37,469 nucleotides of DNA, taken from positions 1 to 37,469 of the forward strand of contig MU271630.1 of NCBI GenBank assembly GCA_021432655.1, written 5' to 3'. Both the position numbers and the translations under genes were made by a program. Below the pieces are notes generated by a model. That model was not told where the DNA came from. It did no database searches and worked only from the letters and a program-made list of their open reading frames with translations. Shown piece by piece: positions 22,201-33,200 of the stretch (the first letter of the stretch is position 1; every line of letters begins with the position of its first letter). This DNA comes from Atractiella rhizophila (Eukaryota).

Positions 22201-22291
22201 AGTGTTAGTTGAATTTGCCCCTCCGCGAGAGCTTCTGGAGAACGAGGATGGGTATTTCTACAAGCTCTGGAAGGAATCTGGGGAGCTGTGA
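16250..22291 (+). CDS. ABC transporter, ABCC/MRP subfamily (N-terminal hydrophobic region-TMD1-NBD1-TMD2-NBD2); apparent 4-nt deletion near the 3' end
   Basis: NBD1: GRTGSGKSS, YCPQTPFI, LSGGQKARLGLAR, IMDDILSAVD. NBD2: WPQRGEVRF, GRSGSGKST, FSSGQLQQIGLAR, LVLDEATSNLD, ITIAHR. L0-like LLSRLTFHYLQP. Many short introns. The natural C-terminus IAVMDNGVLVEFAPPRELL..ESGEL* (TGA 22289-22291) is out of frame after 22180. Confidence 0.9.
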
Positions 22292-22690
22292 GAAATGGAT
22301 ACTGCCTAGACTAATGTGATGAATTGCATCACCATTGTAGAAGAAGTTCTATTTTGAACTAGTATTGATCCTGTGGTCTGCAGTGGCATCCGGTGGATGC
22401 AAAAGTCCAGACTTCAGGACGTATAACAAAAGGTATCAATGTACCTTCCTTCGTTGCAGCTGAGCGGTACTCCAGTTCGAACGATACTGTCGATTCTTTG
22501 CACAACAATTTTACAACTTCAATTCAAAGTTCCTTTTCAAATTTGTAATTTGGATCGTGAACAATCTCAATTGAGCTCAATCCTTGCCCTTGTGGAGGGC
22601 GATTCCTTCCTCTGACCTTGGCCGATTCTGCAGAGCCTAGCACGCGTAAGTTCTCTGCGTTCTCCTACTGTGGCGTCACAACTTTCAAAC

Positions 22691-24231
22691 ATGATGTGAG
22701 TACCACCTTTGACTTGTAGGAACGGACTCACGTTCCTATCACTCCTATCACGATGCGAAGGAGCTCTGCCGATGCCATAAACGCCGTGCAAGACATTCAA
22801 TCCATTTTTACCTCTCTTCCGGCCAGCACGAAACCTCGAACGAGAGATAACGGGAAAAAAGAGTGGACCGTACTCTCTGCAATCTTTCTATGGAAGTGCA
22901 CGGATATGACAAGACTAGAATGTGTATCGATTGGGTGAGCTTTCGCTCTCAGCGATCGCCTTATAGAATGAATATCTTAATACGTTGTCTTATAGAACCG
23001 GTCTCAAAGCTCTTCCTTCAGTGTCGATTTGCCCTCACGGTGACAATTTACACGACATGCACGCTGAAGTTATCGCAAGACGTGGATTCCTGCGGTGGTT
23101 GCTGGTGCAGAAGAATTGTATCTCAAAAGAGCACTCATGGCTGGAACTCAATGATCAAGGAAAGTGCAAGCTGCGCTCAGAAGCAAGAGTGGGGTTATAT
23201 TCAAGCACGTTGCCTTGTGAGATTTCCTGCCCTGTTTCCCTCTTTGTTTGCTTTATTACACTCTCAGGCGGGGATGCTTCGATGTCGCTGCTTACACACA
23301 AGGATGAAGAAACACCAGTGCCAACTGCTGCTGCTGAATTCGCGAAGCGTGAATACTGGGGTTGGTCCTCTGAAGACCTCTCTTCTCCTGTTATTCGAGG
23401 GCGGATCGGTTACAGTGGTCCTTTTCGTGGAAAACTGCGGACAAAACCAGGTGTGAGCATTTTCGTTCTCTGAACCCCTTTGTATGATGAAGAATATCAG
23501 GTCGACTGGATTCGCTCCCTACCTACTCCATGTCTTGCAGCGACAAAATTCTTGGATGGTCCATATATGGCGTGCAGGGGAAAGCTCTGAGCCGCTGGTT
23601 TGAGGGCCCTATTTTCATTGATGCATTTGTTTTTGAAGTGGACGATGCATGCATCTCGAAAGAGCAGGTAATGGAAAGTCTCTGGGGGCGAGGATGCAAA
23701 TGGAATAGGGGGGGTAAGACTTCTCCGCTTCTCACTCTGGAGTTAACGTTATACAACAGATCCCATCTCACAATATCCATCTCCTTCTCCGCAGCCCGCC
23801 ATTTTCCTACTTCCTCCATCTTTCCTCTACTCTCGACTGAATACGAAGGACGCAGTAGCATGCAACGAATGTGCGCCACTTTTCATTTTCGTCACTGTAA
23901 TGAGCTTAATTGCTTCCAGCTATCAGTTGGATCAAAGGTGAAGGTCACGAACTCGTCATTCAAGGTGTTCGTCGAGGAAACAAGGCAATAAAGCCCAAAA
24001 TCGGTGTTCCCCGTGAAAAACCATACAAAGGCAGATCTAGGTTTGTTGATTATGAATTCGACGAATCATGATTGATTCAGAGTCAGGATAAGTAGAAGCG
24101 CCCTTTTGGAGCTCAGCGCAGATATAGGAGGTGACAAGTCAGAAGCAGATGACCAGACTTATTTAGAGGTGAAAAGGAGGACAAGAGAAGTGGGTGGAGT
24201 GCTGCACGGATGGATCGTTGGGCAGTTGTGA
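22691..24231 (+). CDS. TAD1: tRNA-specific adenosine deaminase 1 (Tad1/ADAT1, A37 deaminase)
   Basis: Probable first coding exon ATGAT (22691-22695), intron 22696-22760. Motifs EWTVLSAI, SIGTGLKALP, LHDMHAEVIARRGF (Zn His/Glu), LPCGDASM, LRTKPGRLDS, SMSCSDKI..GVQG; no dsRBD seen. TGA 24229-24231. Confidence 0.9.
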
Positions 24232-24322
24232 TGTAAGACATGGAATAGTATAACGTAGCATACGGCATTCCCAGCGGGTTGTAATACAGTGCTTATAAAT
24301 CGACCCACAAGGCTTCACCTCA

Positions 24323-25666
24323 TCATGGACTAACTTCGATCCCATTGGCATATGGCCCATCATCAAACACTACAGCATGAACATCAAATCAGCTGTCTAG
24401 AGCATATACTTATTGATGGAACGCACCATTCGTCCTCCTCATGTCTCGCTTCTCCATCTGATCTTCAAAAGTAGTTGCTCTGTGCATGGATTGCCTGTTG
24501 TCCCACCACACTAAATCCCCAGGATTCCTCCACTTAACGTGAAACGTATACTGTTCTCCATTATCAAGTGACTTCAGTTAGGAAAATTAGATGAGACGAA
24601 CCTGCGGCTGGGTGCACCAATTAATAAGATCCCAAATCAAATTTTGACTTTCTTCTAACTCCTTCCCAACTACCAGCTCCGCATGAGCAGCCAGAAACAG
24701 GGTCTCTCCCTCTCCATTCGGAGCATCCTGCACAAGTTTGTGAAATGCCGGCGGCTTGATGGCTCTCTCTGCCTCCGTGCTCTGAGCGAAAGCTACTGGA
24801 GAAGCGACCTTTCGCGAATGCCACACTATGTGTTCCTGAATTAAACTCAACATTCATGGACAGGAAGAAGGGAAGTCGCACAATTGTGCCTTATAACCAT
24901 CTTGCGATATTCGTCCTTCTTGGGGCCTTCTGGATAATCCTTCCAGGCACGTCGAACATCGCAATATCCAGTATGTCCTCCTTGAGAGGGAATCACGTGC
25001 GCTAAGAGAAGCGAGTATTTTGACCGGTATTGGTTGAAGCTTCCATCAGTGTGCCTATGACAAGAGAGTGAATCAAATTGAAATTTAATTAATTTAATTT
25101 AATAAAACGGACCAGAGCCCGTTGCCTATATTTGCCATCAATGTCGGTGCACGAGGAAGTGAAGTGAGCGTACCTTTGTTGTACTCCCAGCGACGTGTTC
25201 CCTTCAGCACGAGGTTCCCATCGTTGTCAATGTTGCCAGCATCAAAGTGGTAGGGGTACTTGAACCGGGATTTAACTCCAGTGATGCTCGGGGCTTTCTC
25301 AAGTTCCACTCCTTTCGCTGTGGAAAGCGTGTCAATCACTAAATTTCACATAATATAACAAGAAAAATACCAAGCTGTTTAGTGAAGCTCACGTGTTCGT
25401 CATCCCCCATCTTCGTGTCCCGATAAATGGTCACGGCATACTTGTCCTGAATCTTGATCATCTGTACAAACAGCTCAGACAAACTAACTTGAAAGAAGGA
25501 AACTCCTTACTGTATCGATGACATCGTCAGGGATGGGAATGCTGAAGTCGACTCCTTCCACCTCCGCTCCAAAACTTTCAAAGATCGGATGAACAGTCAA
25601 TTTGCCATACTTGACAGGTTCGAGCGTCTTATAGTCACCGCTGTTCTGCGCTTCGTATTGGGACAT
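24323..25666 (-). CDS. TauD/TfdA-family Fe(II)/2-oxoglutarate dioxygenase (TfdA-like)
   Basis: ATG 25666; FGAEVEGVDFS; WHTDGSF (HxD, split by an intron); GHTGYCDVRRAW; LWHSR; GDLVWWDNRQSMHRA; RDMRRT; TGA 24325-24323; about 7 short introns. Substrate cannot be inferred. Confidence 0.92.
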
Positions 25667-26810
25667 GTTCCTTCCGTCAAAGTCTTAGCCGACCATGTAG
25701 CTTCTTTTATAGTTGCTGCTTAGACCGGCACGTCCTCACACGAGCTTTGGGAGAGTTGGGAATGGTTCAACCGATGTTCCCCACTGCCCCCTGCCCGACC
25801 AGGAGCGGGGAGACAAAACATCACTGCCGCTTGAGGGGCTGCCGATCCTCATGCCGCAGAGCTCCATGACGCTGCGAATCTTGAAGACTCAAGGACGTTC
25901 ATGTCCTACCCAACCTGTCGAACAGACGCCCAAAACAGAGCGTCGAAAGAAAGCAGAGAAAACGGCTCGTCATCTCATCCAACAATTTTCCCTTGCTGTG
26001 ATGCCGCTTGGCTGAGGTGGGCACGCAAATTGACTAGAGGTCGAAGTTAATGCCTCAAAAGATGAATGTGATGAAGGAAGCAGAGGTCATGAGCAGGACT
26101 CTAGGCTGCTCTATCCTCAATCAGCACCTTTGTCAAAGGATAAAGGATCTCATAATGGCAGACGTCACCACAAGGATCCTGACTCCGCCTACACCTAGAA
26201 TGAATGTGAAATAAGCGCAGAAATGCCAGGCAGATGGCTTACTTCGAGCTGAGGAACAAACAAGGACACAAAGGACGAGAGCCGACAGACAAACGGTTGG
26301 ACCTTTCCATGGAAACAATATTAAAATTCCTAACGTCATCATTTTCTCATCCTCTTCAACTGCGAAACAACGATTACTGATACTGGCTGGTATTCGCTGA
26401 AACTTTGGTTGCAGACGAAAGCAGCAGAAAACACTCTGAAGATCAAGTGAAGATCATTTAGTGAATCAGTGCGTCAACGGCCCCAAAGCATTGGAGGATT
26501 TGACAGGCACTTTCATTGCCTTTCTTTCCCCTTGACCTGCGAAATATTCAGTCGCGGAGGTTGATGTATTAAATTGCTCTCTATGCATTCAAACCAGCGA
26601 AGCTCAAAGCAAAGCGCGAACACAAACGCATGGCACGACCGACGTTTTGCAACAACAAGTTGTGGTCAGTTTAGAGAGTTTTGTACCCGAGAGTGATCGG
26701 ATGCTGGGCGGACAGCTGTCAGATGTGACCTGCATGCATAAACCGGATGAGGGAGATGAAGTTGCCGGAACAGACACGCATGGTCAGCTACATACTCTAT
26801 GCACTATGTA

Positions 26811-27422
26811 CTATGCGCTGCAGCAGGTGGTCGCTTCCTGCTTCCCTAACGGTGGAGGGTCCATCCGCTTTTGTGTGTTCTCGTCGTTGTAGCCCATCTT
26901 TGTCTTCTCCGTGAAGTGAAGCTCTGAAAAAAAAACGTCGGCTTTTCTGCAGGCACAAATGGAAGCATGCGGCGCACCATAGTTCCCCTTCTCGTTCTTC
27001 ACTCCCTGCACCACATTCGCCTCCATGTATTCCTTTATCTGCCATGCTCCCTTGATGCCATCTTCGAAGGAAGGAGGTGCCTTTGTCCGGCGACGGGGTG
27101 CCGAGGTGGAAGTAGACGCTTCGGAAGTTGCTGGGGGACGAAGGAAGGAAAGAAAGTAATTCTGCGTAGGCTTAACCACAGCTTGCGAACCAGCGAACAA
27201 TCAGCGGGGGTCGGCTGTTCAGAAGGATGAAGGAAGTAAGAGGGAACTCGAGCTCACCTCGCTCAGCCGTCGAATCGCCTTTGCAAAGTCGTTTTTGCGT
27301 TCGCCGGACAGCCTGTCGTCAGCCACTCCGTCAGCTTGCTTTCTCGCCTCGGACAAGTTGGAAAAAAGCACTCTGTAAGCCTGAGCAGCCGTAGACCTTT
27401 GAGCCAGCGTCAGAGAGCTCAT
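26811..27422 (-). CDS. MZM1: LYR-motif mitochondrial protein, Mzm1/LYRM7-like (Rieske protein chaperone)
   Basis: Exons 27422-27372, 27312-27258, 27181-26978, 26923-26811. Translation AAQAYRAVRRTQKRLCKGDSTAERA..AWQIKEYMEANVVQGVKNEKGNYELHFTEKTKMGYND matches the Mzm1 pattern (AYR..GD; NVVQ..Y.L....T..G.N). Confidence 0.75.
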
Positions 27423-28109
27423 GTGTGCCTGCTTTGATGTGTTGTTGTCGTTTCGCTCGGAACCGGCGGGCGCTTACGATTCGATTTGGAGCGTTCTGAT
27501 TGGTCGGCAAAATCTCCGCAAAATTAGTCTTAACCTTAAATTTGAATGCGATGATCTTAACCTTGTCTCGAGTTTCTGCCAGGTTTTGGAGACTGACTAA
27601 CCCAGTTTTGCCACCTTTCAAATTAAGCTGACCTTCCTCGACCTTCCCCCTCCCGCCCCTTCGCCACTCTCAACTTCTTTATCTTGGCTAATGATATCAA
27701 AACCCAGAAATTAGAAACGGTACTCTTATTTTTCACCTGTATTTCATTCTAGCTAGTCGGTTTTTATAAGGAAAGGTCGCCACTGGTGAGTCTCTCGTTT
27801 CTGGGCATCTGGGGCGTTTGTCTATGGACAATCTGTACTTTTCAACATGCAATCCTTCTTCGTTTTCGAAAAGAGACTGGGTAGCGGAGAGCCGGCCTCG
27901 CCAGGCCCTCGCCACGTCGGTCTCCCCTCTCCCTCGCCTCTCGGCATCTTTTCGGCAGGGTTGGCGGGAGCCGGCTTAGGAGACTCCCTACATTCTGGAC
28001 AATAGTCGGCTTAGAAGATGCTTACCTGCTTCTTCCGTTGGCCTAGGTCTGTCGAATTTACGTCGAGGGCGTATAAAAGGCATACCATCCATCTCAACTC
28101 CCTTTCATC

Positions 28110-29069
28110 ATGGGTCGACCAATTCTTACTCCTGGATATTATCGTTCTTACACTCAAGAGCACAACAAATTCCCTCCGTCGCATTATCGGGTTTCTGCTC
28201 CTTCGACGACGTGCACCGACCCAGCTCATCATGAGGTCGAATACGAGGAACCGCTCTGTGAAGACTTTCACCGATTTCTCGACAATTCTCTCTCCACCCG
28301 TTCGATCTTTTCGAGGCCTTGTCCTAACGCTCCCTTACTCGCGGCTTCTTCACTTCCCGTGCTCGCGCCTACTCCGGCGGCGATCAGCGGGCATCTGAAG
28401 GAAGACGACGATGAGGTTGAAGCCAGGGATGAGGATTCTTCGGATGAGGAGACGACGGGTCCGGTCGTTTTCGAGGCTTTCTTGCCTTTGAGAGAATATG
28501 GGAGACATCCGGCGATGGATCGAGTTAGAGCGCCAGCGGAGGGGAGAAGGAACACTGATGGAGGAGCGAACCCCTTACGTCCCCACCCTCACCACTATCA
28601 ATCGGCTTCCGCAGCAAGCGGAGAAGATAATGCAGTCGATTGGGTGAGGCAAAGAAATTTCCGACTCAGGAGGAGGCTCCCTGAACTCCTCCGCGCTCCG
28701 AGGTCGTCGCCAACTCCGCTTCCCCTACCTCCTCCGCGTCCCGTCGAAGATCTCCAGCTCGATGATGATGATGATGACAATGATTCGATCCTGTCTTTCG
28801 AGACCGTCTCAACCCCTATTAGAGCTACATCCCCGCGTACCGATGCTACGTCGGAGGAAGAAGAAGAGGAAGAGAAGGAGGAACCTACGCCTATTCCTCC
28901 ACCCACTCGACCTCTGAGGAGGGAAACGATGAGAACCGTGGAACATGGCAGGATTTTACGAAGCAGCTCGGGACCATTCCATCCCGTCATCCTGCCTCTT
29001 CGAAGACGAACCGAGTCGGAAGTTCGAGAAGTGCAGAGCGGCCTGGGTCTGCAGCGAATGAGGATTTAA
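28110..29069 (+). CDS. Hypothetical intronless protein, 319 aa, largely disordered (acidic and Pro/Arg-rich tracts)
   Basis: Long ATG-TAA ORF, TATA-like TATAAAAG at 28072-28079 upstream and a T-rich region downstream. No domain recognised. Confidence 0.65.
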   Translation: MGRPILTPGYYRSYTQEHNKFPPSHYRVSAPSTTCTDPAHHEVEYEEPLCEDFHRFLDNSLSTRSIFSRPCPNAPLLAASSLPVLAPTPAAISGHLKEDDDEVEARDEDSSDEETTGPVVFEAFLPLREYGRHPAMDRVRAPAEGRRNTDGGANPLRPHPHHYQSASAASGEDNAVDWVRQRNFRLRRRLPELLRAPRSSPTPLPLPPPRPVEDLQLDDDDDDNDSILSFETVSTPIRATSPRTDATSEEEEEEEKEEPTPIPPPTRPLRRETMRTVEHGRILRSSSGPFHPVILPLRRRTESEVREVQSGLGLQRMRI

Positions 29070-30140
29070 AATCGATCCGTTGTCGGTTCGTCGAGTCTCG
29101 CGGATGGACTTGAACATTACACTTTTTTTCTTCCTTAGAGTTTTTTTATTTATTTTTTTTTCATTTTTCTTTTGTCGTAGCTATCTCTCTTTCTCCTTCG
29201 ACCTATCTATATATCGTAACCTCCGATTCTTATATTCCCACCGTCCGTTACAAAACCAACCCGTTTCAAAACCCTTTCTTCGATCCGAAAGCTATACCTC
29301 GAATACAAACAACATCTTCTAATCCTCTCATCCATGCCCCACCAGACTTTTTTTTTTTCTTTTCCTCGAAAATCCCATCCGCCATCGAACGAAAACCAAA
29401 ACGACTGTTTTGCTTGCGAGTTCTTTCAACTTCTTTGCCTTCCGGTTTCCACAGATCTCCGTTTGAGCTCTTCTGTCTATTCATTCGATCTTTCGATCGA
29501 TGTTTTGAAGCAAACAAGTTTCTTCACTGTTTCTTTTTCAAAGAACGAAAAGAAAGAATTCGGATTAATTGACAGGCAAAAGTTATATTTAAACATCTCA
29601 TCATTGTTGTTTCCATCAACATCTTGTAAACTAAAGCTCTTTCTTCTCCTCTTAAGCTTCTCGCTTCTATCGATTCCTGATTCTGTGCCTTCCTGTCGGT
29701 GCTGTATCATACCTTTTCGTCCTCTCCAGCTCCAACTTCTAGTCAATCTTTCCTCGACAAGGGTCTCAGATTTATCCTCTTCTTCTCCTTTCCTCTCTCC
29801 TCTTCTCTTATCCTCTGTGTCATCTCTACATCTTTCTTCACTTGCTCAGAGATTCGTTGGGTCTTGGCTTGCTTCGAGTATGTGGCTTGGTGGTCGGTTG
29901 CAATGCACGCTTCTGGGATCTTCTTCGAGAATTGCTCCTGCCCCGTCTCCTCTTGAAATTATCCTGAGGCACATACGCGGTGCCTCACTAACACAACTGC
30001 TGCTTATCTTAGGGCGTAAGGGACGATAAGGATTAAAGGAAGCAAGATCGCAGATTGTTTCAGGGTCATTTCAAATTTTAACTTGATTCCACAGTATTTT
30101 ATAGTAAGGGGTGGGCGAGTGGACGCCGTCCAGGATGCCT

Positions 30141-30150
30141 AGGCTAAATT
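30141..30150 (+). promoter_or_regulatory. AGGCTAAATT motif shared by both GH35 upstream regions (second copy at 34843-34852)
   Basis: Identical 10-mer about 135 and 160 nt upstream of the two presumed ATGs, in flanks that otherwise do not align by eye. Confidence 0.3.
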
Positions 30151-30274
30151 CGACGGCTTGAATCGTGAAGCCATTTGCCAGAATCCGAGAAAAAGGTCAG
30201 TAATCATTTCACCAAAGTTTACATAGCTATAGGAATTGGGCTTACCATGGTCTTATTCAGTGTGTGTTTATGAG

Positions 30275-33200
30275 ATGACGAGGAGCGAGAGTGGGACGAT
30301 ATTCACAGCACTCGATAGAAACGACCGTGGCTCTATTCCTTGCTTCAATCAAGGATGCGAGAAAGGTTCTTGGGCAGTTCCTGCTCAGCAAAAGCACTTC
30401 CATCGACGATTAGTAGTGCTTCTTTCCCTTATTCTTGCCTCAGCAATGTACTTTTCCCCCAATTTCTTAACCGCATGGGCTCCCTTGCCTTCGTCTCAAA
30501 GCACATTGCATGCGACTGTATCCTCCTCAGCGCCTCCTTCAGGAGTAACATTCGATGAATACTCACTCTTGATCAATGGCCAACGCATCTTCCTTTCCTC
30601 TGGCGAGTTTCATCCTTGGCGCCTGCCGGTTCCGGCCTTATGGCTTGATATTCTTCAAAAAATGAAGGCGCTTGGATTCAATGGAGTCAGCATTTATACA
30701 CATTGGTGAGCGCCTCTTCTCTTTGAGACGATTGCTTGAATTGAGCCGTTAGGGGAATGATCGAACCGCGCCGAGGAGAGCTTGACTTCGAAGGTATCAA
30801 TGACTTGCAACTATTCTTTGACATGGCCATGGAAGCTGGGCTTTGGGTTACAGTCAGGCCCGGTTCGTTTGCCAATACATATACGACCCTGCTTATTCGA
30901 TCCCCAGGCCCATATATTAACGCAGAGACCACCGGCGGTGGAGTGTGCACTTTCCCGCCCCCTTGACACGGTTCTGAACAAAGACGTAGATCCCAGGATG
31001 GGTCGCTGGCTCTATCCCTACACTTAGAGACAACTCAACTGCTTATTTCGAAGCCTGGAAACCTTACATGACCGAAATTTCTAAAATCACCGCTAGAAAT
31101 CAGTTTGATAAAGGAGGACCAGTGATCCTCTTTCAGGTGAGTTTAACTATTGCATGTCGAATAGCCGAAAGAGGTTGAGAATTACGTAGGTTGAGAACGA
31201 ATATGTTCAGAATGAACAAACAGTACCATATATGGAAAGCCTTATTGCGATAGCTAAAGAGAATGGCATTGTGTGTTCGTTCTTGACTCGTATTCTTTCG
31301 TTTGAACACTCAGAACAGACGGTTCCGATAACGTTCAACGATGCAAACGAAAAAGACAATTTTGCTCGTGGTCCCGGCGCTGTCGAACTTTGTACGGGTA
31401 CTCTCTACTTTGTGTTTACTGAACAGAGACGTGCACAGATGGATTCGATAACTACCCACTCGGATTCGGTTGCGCTACGCCTTCATTCTGGCCAGCGAGT
31501 GTTTCAGAAACTCATTATTCCTATCACAAGAGAGTAAATCCTGAGCAGCCGTAAGTCTTTGTTAGGAGCTGCAATGTGTCTCTTGATTTTTTAGGTCTTA
31601 GTCTTTATTTTCCTGAATGTAAGCGATTGCTTCGGCGGTTAGCAACATTATCTTCGTCCCTTACCTTCCTGTAGACCAAGCTGGTGTCTTCGATGCGTGG
31701 GGTCCAAACTCACCAGGTTACGACAAATGCTTAGTATGCTCTTTTCCTTTCTCCTTTCGTTAGGATTCTGAGTTGCGGCGCAGGAATTTTTCAACGATCA
31801 ATTTGAGTCAGGTAAACCTTCAGAGCCAGTTATGATTTCTGCTGAATAGGTCCTTGATCAGTATATTACCGCAAGTGAGATTGATCTTTCCTGCATGTGG
31901 CGTGCCTGACAAGAATGAAAAGCTTGTGGGCCCAGAATTCTAAGGTATGTGCGAAGCTTTGTGAGGCGATGAACAACCTTATCTTGTTTAGATGATAAGC
32001 TACTACATGGCTTATGGAGGCACCAATTGGTGCGCCTCAGATCCTCCGTTGCAACCTCTCTTATTCTTAGCCCAGGGGACATATTGGCTCACCAAGAGTG
32101 TACACATCGTATGAGTGAGTCCTCCTTCGCTCGTTCTGCGAGCCTTTGTTCATATTCCAGTAGTTACGGTGTAAATATTCCACGACACTGATAAGTGCAT
32201 CTGATATCCTGGACAGTCCGCCGATCCGGTTGGTGATCCTGCAGTTTCTTAACGTACATCTAACGAGACTGATTGTATCTTTATCAGGGAATCTCGAGAA
32301 CTTGCACAGAAAGCATCAGAGCTGAAAAGGCAGCTCATCTTCCTACGAGGGTGCGTGTTTGACTTCTACCTGTACGGACCCCTGTCTAACACTATAAAGC
32401 ATGAGGGACTTCTACAAGACCGTTCAGATTGCGAATAGCACAAGTAAATACACTGACAACGATGACATTCATGTAACCGAGCTCAGGAATCCTGATAATG
32501 CTGCCAAATTTTTCGTTCTTAGGCATAAGGACTCGCGCTCAACGTCAGCTTCCGATTCTGCTTCACGAGTCAGTCGGTTAAGTGCTAACTTTAATGCAAA
32601 GGTGTACCTCTACCTTCACTGTGGAGTTCGCTGGCATGTGGCAGTTCCTGCCATCCGTTGGTCGTACAATGCAGCTGCACGGGCCGCGAAGCTAAGGTGG
32701 TCGTTTCAGACGTTTCTATGGGGGAAAGGAAGTACGTACCTCTTACTACATCGCAGGTTCGTTTTCTCACTTTTCAAGATGCCATTGCGCTCTTTTCAAA
32801 GAATACCCTGCTGAATTTTTGTCAGATGTTCTTCTCTGGAAAGGTTGGTCACAAGACCGTCCTGTGCTTCTACCACGGCGGCGACAATCTGTTTACATTC
32901 ACATTTCCCGTTAGTCATGGGTCATCCGGAATCCCTCAATCTTTTGGTGGCAGTTTAGAGATTGTTGCCGAGGGAGAAGTTATTACCTATATTTTCGAAA
33001 CGGTAGCAGACATGGCGATCCTCCATTGGGTCCGCTCTGATATCATCATCGTTTGCACGACAGCCGTTTACACCGATCGACTTTGGGCCCCAGTAGTTCA
33101 AAATCCAAACAATGCTCCCTTTGATTATTTTGATGGAGTCGGAGACACTGGTAACATCTTAGTATGGGGTCCTGATCTCGTTCGAACGGTGAAGAGGACG

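Noticed and set aside
22316..22400. Small hairpins GTGATG/CATCAC and GCATCC/GGATGC with a GTGATGA C-box-like motif after the ABCC stop
   Set aside because: 6-bp stems occur by chance; no suitably placed D box with a terminal stem.
14985..25666. Possible detoxification or secondary-metabolite cluster (PLAC8, ABCC, TfdA-like dioxygenase)
   Set aside because: No backbone synthase or cluster regulator, and housekeeping TAD1 is interspersed; adjacency alone is not evidence.
25713..26640. Short ORFs between the dioxygenase and MZM1 (25713-26015 +, 26133-26342 -)
   Set aside because: No recognisable motifs or convincing exon structure; treated as intergenic, though a small gene cannot be excluded.
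29334..30029. 231-aa plus-strand Leu/Ser/Phe-rich ORF
   Set aside because: Composition reflects pyrimidine-rich non-coding sequence; no domain or splice support.
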